64,000 bases of DNA, from positions 5,208,001 through 5,272,000 of the forward strand of contig OX597825.1 in assembly GCA_951406725.2 (NCBI GenBank). Direction: 5' to 3'. How positions within the stretch are numbered: the first letter of the stretch is position 1; each line of letters opens with the position of its first letter. This document shows, piece after piece, positions 52,691 through 64,000 of the stretch. The notes below the pieces were generated by a model, which ran no database searches, was not told the origin of the DNA, and was given only the letters and a program-made list of their open reading frames with translations. This DNA comes from Octopus vulgaris (lineage: Eukaryota). Made by a program: the position numbers and the translations under genes.

Positions 52691-52884
52691 TTGTTACTTT
52701 ATCTTTAATATTTCTATTATATATAATCTAGAAATTGTGTAATTTAATTTTTCATTTTGTATTGATAAAAGATGTTTTTTTCTAATTTATATATATATTA
52801 TATTTTGTGAAATTTGATTTAGTATTTCTAAATTGAATTTTTCCCTGTACGTTAGTAATAATATTCCCTCAGACACCTCCCCCC

Positions 52885-52941
<57 letters not shown>

Positions 52942-53418
52942 GATAGATAGATAGAAAGATAGACAGACAGACACATAGATAGATAGATTGATATACGAGG
53001 GGTTTCCTTCAACTTCTGTCTACCAAATCCACTCACAAAACTTTGGTCGGCCCGAGAAGATAATAGAAAACGCTCAAGGTGCCACGCAGTGAGACTGAAC
53101 CCGGAATCTTGTGGCAGAGAAGCAAACAGACATACAGACAGATAGAATGGTGAGATCTGCCTATGATTATTACTTATATTATATGGGTGACACCATCAGT
53201 ATTATTTCCAAAGATTTCGCAACATATTTTCACTTGATGCAAAATTCTAAGATTAATTTAATCAACTTTGGTTTAATAAATCGCAGTCGATGTAGAAATT
53301 TGTGGTTTAGGATTAAATTCTCCGGTTTATAAAATGAGTAGCCGGATATCACTTAATGTCTAATCCAAAACCTCAAATGGTGCTATAAGTACTGGAACAG
53401 TGAGCATGTTATAGGCAT

Positions 53419-53420
<2 letters not shown>

Positions 53421-53486
<66 letters not shown>

Positions 53487-53511
53487 TGTGTGTGTGTGTG
53501 TGTCTGTGTGT

Positions 53512-53598
<87 letters not shown>

Positions 53599-53608
53599 TG
53601 TGTTTGTG
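53421..53608. repeat. Long (TG)n microsatellite
   Basis: Direct inspection; a similar (GA)n(TG)n tract lies at 53814-53991. Confidence 0.97.
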
Positions 53609-53833
53609 TTTCTGTGTGGGTGAGTGTACCTTATTTCAGTTGGTGTAAGTCTGAAAATGGAGGCAAGTGAAAGAATGTTTTATATTTGGTTCATTAGTGT
53701 AAACAGTCACGAATTAGTCGAAGAGTTCTTGAAGGAACTGGTATACCATCAGGCATACATATTACACTGACATGTATGGCGATACGCGTATATGCTATGT
53801 GCGTGTGTATATAAGAGAGAGAGAGAGAGAGAG

Positions 53834-53909
<76 letters not shown>

Positions 53910-53928
53910 TGTGTGTGTGTATGTGTGT

Positions 53929-53981
<53 letters not shown>

Positions 53982-54247
53982 AGAGAGAGAGCATGTAGGT
54001 GGAGCTAGAAGTGCCTGTGTATTTTCAGAGACAGTAAAACACTTCCGAAACAACATCATTAATTCCCGTCTTCTTCCGACATAAAAATATTTTTTATGAA
54101 CTTTACTCCCAGCGAGTTTCCATTGATTTTCAATTCAGTACAGTTATTGTTTTCATTGGAATGAGTGGGGTGGAAAACGGGGGAATCATTAATGGTACGC
54201 TTCAAAGACGCTTCTTCCAAGTTCAGTACGCATAGAAATGTCTTCAC

Positions 54248-54283
<36 letters not shown>

Positions 54284-54379
54284 TGGGTACGCACCAACGA
54301 ACACAAATGCACTCGAATTAGGGTTTATATATGTGTACGGATGTAGAATGATAGATACTGAGAAACAGATCGATTTATA

Positions 54380-54506
<127 letters not shown>

Positions 54507-54629
54507 TGTATATATACATAGATATATATATATATGTATATATATACACACACACACAAAGGTATCGATATAAATATAATATAGATATGTTTATAAGCAC
54601 ATAGCGATGTATAATTGCATATTACTTAC

Positions 54630-54692
<63 letters not shown>

Positions 54693-54711
54693 TATGTATA
54701 CACGCACATAC

Positions 54712-54743
<32 letters not shown>

Positions 54744-54914
54744 GTATGAATGTGTACCATAAATATCTACATGTTTATATCTAAGCAGGCACATACATAT
54801 ACATACATATCTATTTACCTGTGTCTATCTATCTTTCTATATTATATATGCGTATATATATATACGTATATAGAGAGAGATTTATAGAGAGAGAGGAGGA
54901 GAGAGAGAAGGAAA

Positions 54915-55141
54915 TACATACATACATACATACATACATACTTACATACATACATACAGACATACATACATACATAATACATACATACATACATAATACA
55001 TACATACATACATACATACATACATACATACATACATACATACATACATACATACATACTTACATAATACATACATACATACATACATACATACATACAT
55101 ACATACATACATACATACATACATACATACATACATACATA
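54915..55141. repeat. (ATAC)n microsatellite
   Basis: Direct inspection. Confidence 0.95.
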
Positions 55142-55786
55142 GACAGATAGACAGACAGAAACTCTCTCATTAGTTTAGATTATTTGATTAACAGTGCAAT
55201 AAGTTCATTTCCTTTCACTGTAAAAAAATATTATTTGCTAACATTTACTTGCAATCCAAATTTCACCAATATACACTCAAAAGTCAATAAGTAAAAATAC
55301 ATTCACCAATGTAAGAATGTACTTACACAAAATACGTTCAGGAGCCGAACATTAATCTAACTTAGGAGTAACTACGGTGAAATTTCATTAATCTCTCTCA
55401 CACGTCCTTTCATTAATCTCTTTCGCCCGTCCTTACGTACCGAAGTTAGTACATTATATTCAATGTGACCAGTGAATGAAATTTTTATGTACCTACGTCT
55501 GCACTCTTGTCTGAAAAGAACGGATAACACATCTTTATATTTTGGTGGGAATGTGTATGAGTGCGCGTGCGTGGGTGTAGGTGTGTGTGTGTACATGAGT
55601 GTTTGTTATTCCTTTATTCATGTAGATTATGTCTTTATATATTTTTTCTGTCATAGGTTATGATCATTTGCTTTCTTTCCGACAACTTAATCCCACGCTT
55701 GCTCTCATTCGATCTCTCACTCTCCTCTCTATTTCTTTTCTCTCTGCTTCTCTCTTCTCTCTGTATCTATCTATCTATCTATGTAA

Positions 55787-55841
<55 letters not shown>

Positions 55842-55849
55842 TTTAGCGA

Positions 55850-55916
55850 CGCCACTGATGAAGTACAAATGACAAATTAATTTATTTGCTCATTGATACA
55901 GAAACTCGAGTTTGAG
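55850..55916 (+). ncRNA. Hammerhead ribozyme motif with weak stem I
   Basis: ca-CTGATGA-a-gtacaaatgacaaat(taattt)atttgctcattgatac-a-GAAA-ctcgag-TT-tg. Confidence 0.6.
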
Positions 55917-56070
55917 ATTAACTATAAAAAATTTTTTTCATTCTCCTTGAAATTGCTTTTATTCGTGGTTCGGGTTTTGACTGCCTTTTCTAGCATGCAA
56001 GGTATCCTGTCAAAGGTCACCTCTTTCGTGTATAAATAGTTCATGGTTTGTACACTATCATACATATATA

Positions 56071-56241
56071 TTAGGAAGTTAAAAGTTATCGCCGGTCTTA
56101 AAGTAACCATTCGTTTCGCACCTATAAAGCGCTTAGCAGTACAAGCGACTTAGTTTCTGACGAGTCGCCTTTAGTGCTAAGCGGTTCAAGGTGTAAAACT
56201 AATGGTCACCTTAAGATCGGCCATAACTTTTAACTACCTAA
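56071..56241. mobile_element. Fold-back MITE with mariner-like ttagg termini
   Basis: ttaggaagttaaaagttatcgccggtcttaaagtaaccatt...cgcttagca versus tgctaagcg...aatggtcaccttaagatcggccataacttttaactacctaa. Confidence 0.82.
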
Positions 56242-56520
56242 AAAAAATTGTTACTCTTCTAATAATTTAGAGTGTGCTTTTCTTTCGGATATATGAACCA
56301 CTGATGATGATGTGGATGTGTGTGTGTATGCGCGCGCACGTACGTGTGTGTTTCTGTTTACACAGCATAATTTATCATTTTACTTGGATATCTATCTTTC
56401 TGCCTTTCTATATATGTTTCAAACTCCATGGACAGACAAGTAGACAGCTAGATACATATATAGAATGTTATATAGCCAACAAATATAGACCGATGGATGA
56501 AATAGAATAGAATAGAATAG

Positions 56521-56582
<62 letters not shown>

Positions 56583-57124
56583 CATATATATATATAGATA
56601 GATAGATAGATACATACATACATACATACATACATACATACATACATACATACATACATAAGCAGATAGATAGATAGATCTATCTTTCTGCTTTTTTGTG
56701 GTTATTGTGTTGTGTTGACTCTTATTTCTAGCGATATTGGTGCCGCTTAGTAACCTTGTTCACTTTAGTGACGTCTCTCCACTTTTAGCGTTTAAATCCG
56801 TCTATGACTTCAGGTGTAGAATTACCCCATCGCTCGGTTTAACATTATCACCTGGCAAATTTGGAACCTTTTACGGAGTCGACTCTTTTGTAAGTCTTTT
56901 CAGATAGATCTCTGGCTTGAGGACACCTTTCCTTCCCCGCACTTTTCCACGAGTCTTCGAGACAATTCTCTTCACTAAAAGAAATTAAAAAAAAAATAAA
57001 ATCACCCAATTTCTTTCTGCACAACTTCGTTTACTTCATGTTAGATATCTGGTCTGGTCAGTTCTGACCCGTCTATAACACCTATAAGCGGATGACCTAT
57101 TTCCCTGAGTATTTCTCTTGAGAC

Positions 57125-57282
57125 GGCTTTTGATCTTCCGTGAGCAAGTGAGGCACAAATTTTGCTGCAACTCTTTTCATTTCTCTTTTCAATTCCTCCA
57201 AAAAATTCGTCCAGGACACACCGACCATATCAATAAGCTCAGCAATTGTTTGGTGACGGTCCTCCAAGATCAGATTAAACAA
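57125..57282 (-). pseudogene. Mariner transposase fragment (HTH/linker)
   Basis: LILEDRHQTIAELIDMVGVSW...EMKRVAAKFVPHLLTEDQK, a WVPHEL-like motif. Confidence 0.85.
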
Positions 57283-58521
57283 GAAAATTAGAGTATATCA
57301 TTTGTAAATCGTTTTTCAAGGAGAGAAAGTAAGAGCAGAGAGAATTTGCTTATAATAACACGGTCTTGATAATGATTTCCGTAACTGAATTTGGGTCACA
57401 ATTGGAAGAGATGCGTCTATCTTCGAGGTAACCCTTCTTTTCATCTGCCACAGCTCTTGGTATGCGAAATGCTTGCCCCACTGTTGGCAGCACCGGCTGA
57501 AATCTCATGAATACCATCTTTATTCAGGTGCTGTAGAACAATGACAAGAAAGCGTTAACAAGCAAATTGTAACGTATTTTCTATGAGTGTAACAGCAACA
57601 ATTAAATAGTTCTTTCACCTCAATTTTCATTCTCACGCTCTACCCCCTCTCTTTCTCTCTCTCTCTCTCTTCCTTTCTCTGACTATCTCTTCATCTCTTC
57701 CCAAATTACAATTAAGTCTTCTGGTCTCTTGTCAAGAGGGACTTTATGAAAGTTGAAGGACATCTCTACGTGATACACTTCGACCAAAATGATTCACTAT
57801 GTAACATTCGTACTTATAATGCCACCTCTTTTAACTATTTTGTTTATAACTCAACACTGCACACGTACACACGCATTCCCATGCGCACACACAATCACAC
57901 ACGATACACACACACACACACACACACATACACAATATATCCATTAGTCTAAATATTCGCACTTAGTATATTAACACCTGACCTGAACTTCAACGTAAGA
58001 ACTAAACTCACCAAGCTTGCATTTATTCACCGAGATATTACTAAACGCTACAAAATTGAAACTTTCATCGCCGCAATTAGCAACTGCTAATTAAAATTAA
58101 TGAGAAGTTCTTTAGGTGGACGTGGAGTTCAAGCCATCACTCGGGAATAGCGATCAGTTTCAACGCTTTGATATATGAGTAGTATAATCAATAAATCAAG
58201 GTTCTACATCACAGATTCGTTCCTCCTCATCAGTTTTGGAGAAGATGCTTATGTCTTTAACAATGAGCAGCGCCACCATAATGCGTAGTGCTACCGAATT
58301 ACACGACTGGCTGCAGTGTGCCATTGAACGTTGTTAGAGTCACATCAGAGCCCGAAGTACGAGATAAGAGCCAGTTATCCATTGTTTGTAAATCGATATC
58401 GTAACAACCCTCTCACTGTCTGAATATCTGCCTACGCAGGGGGTAGTTAACTACGAAATATTTACTACTACTGAGAGAAAGAGAGAGGAAGGAAAAAGAG
58501 AGAGGAGGAGAAAGAGAGAGA

Positions 58522-58682
58522 GGCACAGGTGTGGCCGTGTGGTAAGCACTTGCTTCTCAACAACGTGGTTCCGAGTTAAGTCCCACTGCGGGACATCTTA
58601 GGCGAGTGTCTTCTACTATAGTTTTGTGCCGACCAAAGCCTTATGAGTGGATTTGGTAGACGGAAACTGAAAGTAGCCTGTC

Positions 58683-58726
<44 letters not shown>

Positions 58727-58953
58727 GTGTGTGTGTATGCATGCATATATGTCTGTGTGTCTTTGTTTATGTGTCTGTCACCAATCACCGCTTGAGTTTA
58801 CGTCCCCAAATCTAGCTGTACAGCAAAAGAGAGCGATAGACTACATACTAACCTTTAAAAATGGAAGTCCTTGGGTCGGTTTCTTCGAGTAAAAATACCT
58901 TTCAAGGTGGTGCCCCAGCATGGCCGCAATCAACTGATGTGAAGCAAGTAAAG
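58522..58953 (+). mobile_element. SINE family B with internal (TA)n
   Basis: ggcacaggtgtggccgtgtggtaag...ggatttggtagacggaaactgaaag...gccccagcatggccgca. Confidence 0.88.
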
Positions 58954-59186
58954 CGTAAGAGTACCGCTTCATATTCTCACTCAATAAATAGACAACCGAC
59001 ATCAGTTAAATTGTAAAATAATTCAACGTTCGTTTCAAATTTTGGTGTAAGGCCGGCAATTCCGTTAAGTCGATTACATCGACCCCAGAACACAACGTGT
59101 ACTTATTTTATCCAACCCAAAGTAAAATAATTACTTATTACCATCGCTTACACATACATTGAGATTCACATGCATGTATACATACG

Positions 59187-59236
<50 letters not shown>

Positions 59237-59276
59237 CATACATACATACATACATACATACATACATACATACATA

Positions 59277-59488
59277 CAGGGTGACCAAAATGTAGGTTTA
59301 CACTTATCACGTAGGCACTTTAAATTTCTTTTAAAACATTTTATTACATTTAAATTTCTATCTTACAATTAACTAAATTAGCATAGAATAATTGCTTCAT
59401 ATTTTTCTATAATTAAGAACTAAACTGTTAATATGTGAATACAAAGGAGATAGTTGAATAACTGTGTACCTACTTTTGGGCCACCCGG
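59277..59488. mobile_element. Tc1/mariner-type MITE
   Basis: TA|cagggtgaccaaaatgtaggt ... acctacttttgggccacccgg|TA; right end repeated at about 45925-45970. Confidence 0.82.
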
Positions 59489-60186
59489 TATATAGGGTCA
59501 GAAGCGACTGTATGGTAAGAAGTTTGCTTCTCAACCACATGGTTCTAGGTTCCAGGTTCCAAGCTCAGTCCCTCTGCCTGGCACCTTAAACAAGAGTTTT
59601 CTACTATAGTCCCGGGTCGACCAAAGCCTTGTGATTTGGATTTTGCAGGCAGAATCTAGAATTTCGGTTGTATACCGCACGCCAGAAGTAAGTAGATGTC
59701 ATATGCAAAGTATTGTACCCTCTGCAACGGCGGAAAATATTTTAACCACCTCAAAACCAGGAACATTTTCAACAGAAGTTAAATTTCTAAGTACGAACTT
59801 CAGAATAAATACTATCATACTAACTACAGTAGAAGTATCGTATTATATTAAATCTTAAAAATGGAGCAGCAGTGTGTTTGAGTACTACCATAACGTGCAC
59901 TAGGCAAGCGGAAGTCAACAAAACAAACCCCACCAACTGTGAGAACCGGTTCCACCGCTCGAAAATGTGACGTATTTGGGTGATGATACGCTTAATTTTC
60001 GCACTTGGTTTCACCAGTTTGATGTGGTTTCTTTGGATAGAATTTTGAAAAGAAAGGCGTAGATGGGGCTATGAATTCAATATGGGCACTTTCAAAGGCA
60101 TTAAGTTCATTTTTAATTTGTTATGGCTTACTTAAAAGTCTTTACAAATACACTATTAACAAGAATGTATGTTTATCTCTCCAACG

Positions 60187-60568
60187 TAGAGGCACAATGG
60201 CATAGTAGTTAGGACAGCGGACTCGTGGTCATAAGATCGCGGTTTCGATTCCCAAACCAGACGTTGTGAGTGTTTATTGAGTGAATATGTCTAAAGATCC
60301 ACGAGGCTCCGGCAGGGGTGATGGCGAACCCTACTGTACTCTTTCACCACAATTTTCTCTCACTCTTTCTTCCTGTTGTACCTGCATTTCACAGGGCCAG
60401 CCTTGTCACACTCTGTGTCACGCTGAATCTCTCCGAGAACTACCTTAAGGGCACACGTATCTAAGGAGCACTCAGCCACTTGCACGTTGATTTCACATTT
60501 CACGAGCAGGCTGTTCCGTTGATCGGATCAACTGGAACCTTCGTCGTCGTAACCGACGGAGTGCCACG
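60187..60568 (+). mobile_element. SINE family C, tail 1, with 12-bp TSD
   Basis: TSD atctctccaacg at 60175-60186 and 60569-60580. Confidence 0.92.
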
Positions 60569-60841
60569 ATCTCTCCAACGCATTCACTTTGTCTATTATA
60601 TATATATGTAGGTATAACATGTATAATTACAAGGATGTAATGGTACAGTTTGGCATGTGCAGAATAACATGTTGAAAGTGAATAAGTAAACAGACAACTT
60701 GCACATTGCAGCTCATGTCGAACGTGATAACACACTCAAACCGAGCGAATTGAAACCGTCAGCGTTTGTTAGTTTCAAAGAAGAAGCCATGGATGTTGTA
60801 GTATGGAAATCTAAATTTATTTAGGGAGACAGCAAATGAGT

Positions 60842-60964
60842 ATCACCTGAGGAGATACATATGGATCTTGTTATACAGGTAAAACGTTAAATAATTTAAT
60901 TTAAACTTAACTTTAAATCCTGTATATACGAGGATCTGTATGTATCGAAACCTTTGATAGTGAT
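60842..60964 (+). ncRNA. Hammerhead ribozyme motif with very long stem II
   Basis: atcac-CTGAGGA-gatacatatggatc...tatacagg...cctgtata...gatctgtatgtatc-GAAA-cctttga-TA-gtgat; one mismatch in stem III. Confidence 0.75.
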
Positions 60965-61036
60965 TAAAATGCTGCCTAACCGTACTTACTCTTTCTTTTG
61001 ACTCTTACTTTTTACTTTTATGTATATATATGTATA

Positions 61037-61103
<67 letters not shown>

Positions 61104-61120
61104 CTATATATATATGTATC

Positions 61121-61151
<31 letters not shown>

Positions 61152-61429
61152 TTATATATTAATATGTGGGTGTATATATATATATATGTGACTGCGTATT
61201 TCTTTGAGCAATAGTCTCTAAGTGCAAACGTTCATTCATTGAGTACGTCATCTGAAAACATTTGTAAATATCTGTGAATGAATGAATGAATATGGTGGGT
61301 GTGTTTTCCGCTCCTAAAATCTTTATGTGAGAACTAAATAACTACTATTGAGTAACCTGTAAATTTTTTCTTATCGCAAAATTTTGATTCATGTGATAAT
61401 TTCATTAGACCCCGTAATACAGTAAAAAA

Positions 61430-61529
<100 letters not shown>

Positions 61530-61746
61530 TAAGTAAGTAATATACAGAAAAGCATAAGATTTATATTCAAAATAAAACAATTTTTTTAAAATAAGGAAAT
61601 GACTTTAAACGTGACATTTTGGGAGTCAATACAAGCAGATGAAACAGGAAATAAAATATATATGAAAACTTAGTAGTTACCTACTGGATGCACTACACAC
61701 ACACACACACACACACTGTATATATATATATATATATATATGCTTT

Positions 61747-62048
61747 GATTCTGTTGATCACCGTCCCTGTGCTCCAGATCTTGCCGCATCTGACTATCGT
61801 CTGGTCTCCAACGTGAAGAAACACTTGGCTGAGACCAGTATCGTAGTGATAATGATGACATATCGGTCGTTGATGACATTTTTGACTAAATGGCTGAAAG
61901 TTTCCTCACCAATAGGATCCAAGCACTGCAGCACCAAAAGCAGAAGTGTGCGGACCGCAAGGGAGACTATGTTGAAAAATAAGTCTCATTTGGACACATT
62001 CCATGGGTGTATCTAGGAGAGCCTAAGAAATCTTCAGCCGACCGCCGT
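61747..62048 (+). pseudogene. Mariner transposase C-terminal fragment with decayed right end
   Basis: HRPCAPDLAASDYRLVSNVKKHLA (YSPDLAPSDY-like), later RIQALQHQKQKCADRKGDYVEK*. Confidence 0.88.
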
Positions 62049-62624
62049 GTGTATAAGCGTTTGTGTGCTTATATATGTGTATGTGGGTGTTTATGCGTGT
62101 ATGTATGCATATATAGGAAAGTGTGAAGGCACTTAAATACATCGCATGTTCGTGTTCCTGTAGAAGTGTTATTATACAGCTAAGACATAATGGACTTTTC
62201 CAAAATATAACATTATGTTAATATACATTTAACTAGGAATACATATTGAATATTTCAATTGACTAAGAAAACAATATTTTGAGGATGTGTGTGTGTGTGT
62301 ATGTAGGTTTCACTAGATTTGTGGATGTGTACGTGGCTGTGTGTTCGTTGAGTGTTTATTTTACTGATTTGCATTTCAATGAAAAGCAATTATTCATTAA
62401 TGAAATTATTGTTTGTATTAAACAACTGCCAAGTCTGCGGCACCGCCAACATTCCCCACTGCCTTAGTCTAGTCTCCGTATTGTTTTCTTCTTTCGAAAT
62501 TAATATTCACACCATTTTTCATATTTTTGTCGCAGGTTTTTCTTCCTCTCCTTCTAGCTCTTCTTACTACTATATCTCTGTCTCTCTCTCGCTCTCTTTC
62601 TCTCATTTTCTTGCCACACATACA

Positions 62625-62677
<53 letters not shown>

Positions 62678-62791
62678 CTAAATTTAATTATTTAATTGTT
62701 ACAGTTAAAAAATTCTCAGTGACTGAAACCGGTACTGAAATGATTTTTATAAAATTATTTTAGCATTTTCTATCTTGACTTTTTTCCATAC

Positions 62792-62851
<60 letters not shown>

Positions 62852-62853
<2 letters not shown>

Positions 62854-63138
62854 GCGCAATAGCCCAGTGGTTAGGGCAGCGCACTCGCGGTCGTAGGATC
62901 GCGGTTTCGATTCCCAGACCGGGCATTGAGCAAAAACACCTAAAGCTCCACGAGGCTCCGGCAGGGGGTGGTCGCGATCCCTGCTGTACTCTTTCGTCAC
63001 AACTTTCTCTTACTCTTTCTTCTGTTGGTCTGCTCGCTTAGCCAGCGGGGTGGCATCATTTGAAGGCTAAATTAATGCGAAGCGCATTGTGACCAGCGAT
63101 GTGTAGCAACATCTGATAGCCTCGTCGGTCACGGTGAT
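62852..63138 (+). mobile_element. SINE family C head with alternative tail 3
   Basis: aggcgcaatagcccagtggttagggcagcg...ctgctgtactcttt; tail ctgctcgcttagccagcgggg...ggtcacggtgat. Confidence 0.85.
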
Positions 63139-63609
63139 ATATACTTATATATCCCTTCGCAGAGTGTCAAATTACTAATACATTTCTTGTGCCCGTCCTC
63201 GTGTCGTCCGTTTTTATTCGTTTATTTGAATTGTTTGTTTATTTGAATTAACTATATATAAGTATATATGTATGGCATGTGTGTGTGTGTGTGTGCATGA
63301 ATATATATACAGGAACGTGGGAGCACCAGAGTTTCTTGTGTATGCGAGTAACTACAGACGTCTACTAAAAGGTATTCTAATCGGAATAGGATTAACAGTG
63401 ATTAAAATCGAGGTACATTTTGACAAGTCCCCTGACGAATCACGTCAGCATCAATGATGCACTACATACAATACGGGCTTCCACAAAAAGTGCAAGTAAC
63501 GAATTCATTCACAAGGTTATTAGTCGGCTCGGCACTTGAGCAGAAACCCTTATTTAAGTGTCTATGTGTTCATGAACCTGAAACTATGCGAAACTGTGTG
63601 GTTGTAAAA

Positions 63610-63780
63610 TTAGCTCGGGGGATGGGAAATTGACTACCCCGACCTCAATGCTTTGCTGGTACTTATTTTATCGACCCTGAAAAAAATGAAACGTTCAGTC
63701 GGCGGAATTTGAACTCAGAATATAAAGCGGGACAAATTGGCGCTAAGCAACAAACGATCGATTCTGCCAGCTAACGGCCT
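63610..63780 (-). mobile_element. SINE family A (diverged)
   Basis: ctggtacttattttatcgaccc...ggcggaatttgaactcagaa...attctgccagct. Confidence 0.78.
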
Positions 63781-63880
63781 TAAAGATATATGTTTATAGG
63801 TGTAGAAATATATATAACATCTATAGATATGTATTACATACACACACACACACATATATGTATATGTATATATGTAAGTA

Positions 63881-63924
<44 letters not shown>

Positions 63925-64000
63925 ATTCTTCTTGTTTTCACTGCCAAACATCCATGCATATAGTGAAACCTTTTCAACCCAATTTCGATAGTTTTTTATA

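Noticed and set aside
57343-57523. 55-codon minus-strand ORF after an acceptor-like site
   Set aside because: No homology recognised; length is compatible with chance.
58150-58240. Minus-strand CTGATGA...GAAA
   Set aside because: No stem I or cleavage triplet could be formed.
63427-63478. CTGACGA plus 4-bp stem as a hammerhead
   Set aside because: GAAA box absent (gcac) and no stem III; at best a fossil.

Overview
Repeat-saturated, AT-rich eukaryotic non-coding DNA. It is most likely intronic or intergenic sequence from an octopus (coleoid cephalopod), inferred from the SINE families and microsatellite load. No intact host protein-coding gene can be supported, and nearly all supplied ORFs are microsatellite or SINE read-throughs. 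The window holds dozens of tRNA-derived SINE copies (my labels: families A, B, C/C2, D), several with clear target-site duplications. It also has Tc1/mariner relics and MITEs, a piggyBac-type MITE, RT fragments of R4/Dong-like, CR1-like and Penelope-like retroelements, a 78-bp cox1 NUMT, several long palindromes and local duplications. The most notable signal is a set of hammerhead-ribozyme motifs: two that fold canonically, three copies in family D, and several degenerate ones. Family D combines a tRNA-like head, an (AAT)n tract, a minimal hammerhead and a 20-bp terminal sequence that can occur inverted. All folds and alignments were done by eye, and repeat boundaries without a TSD are approximate.
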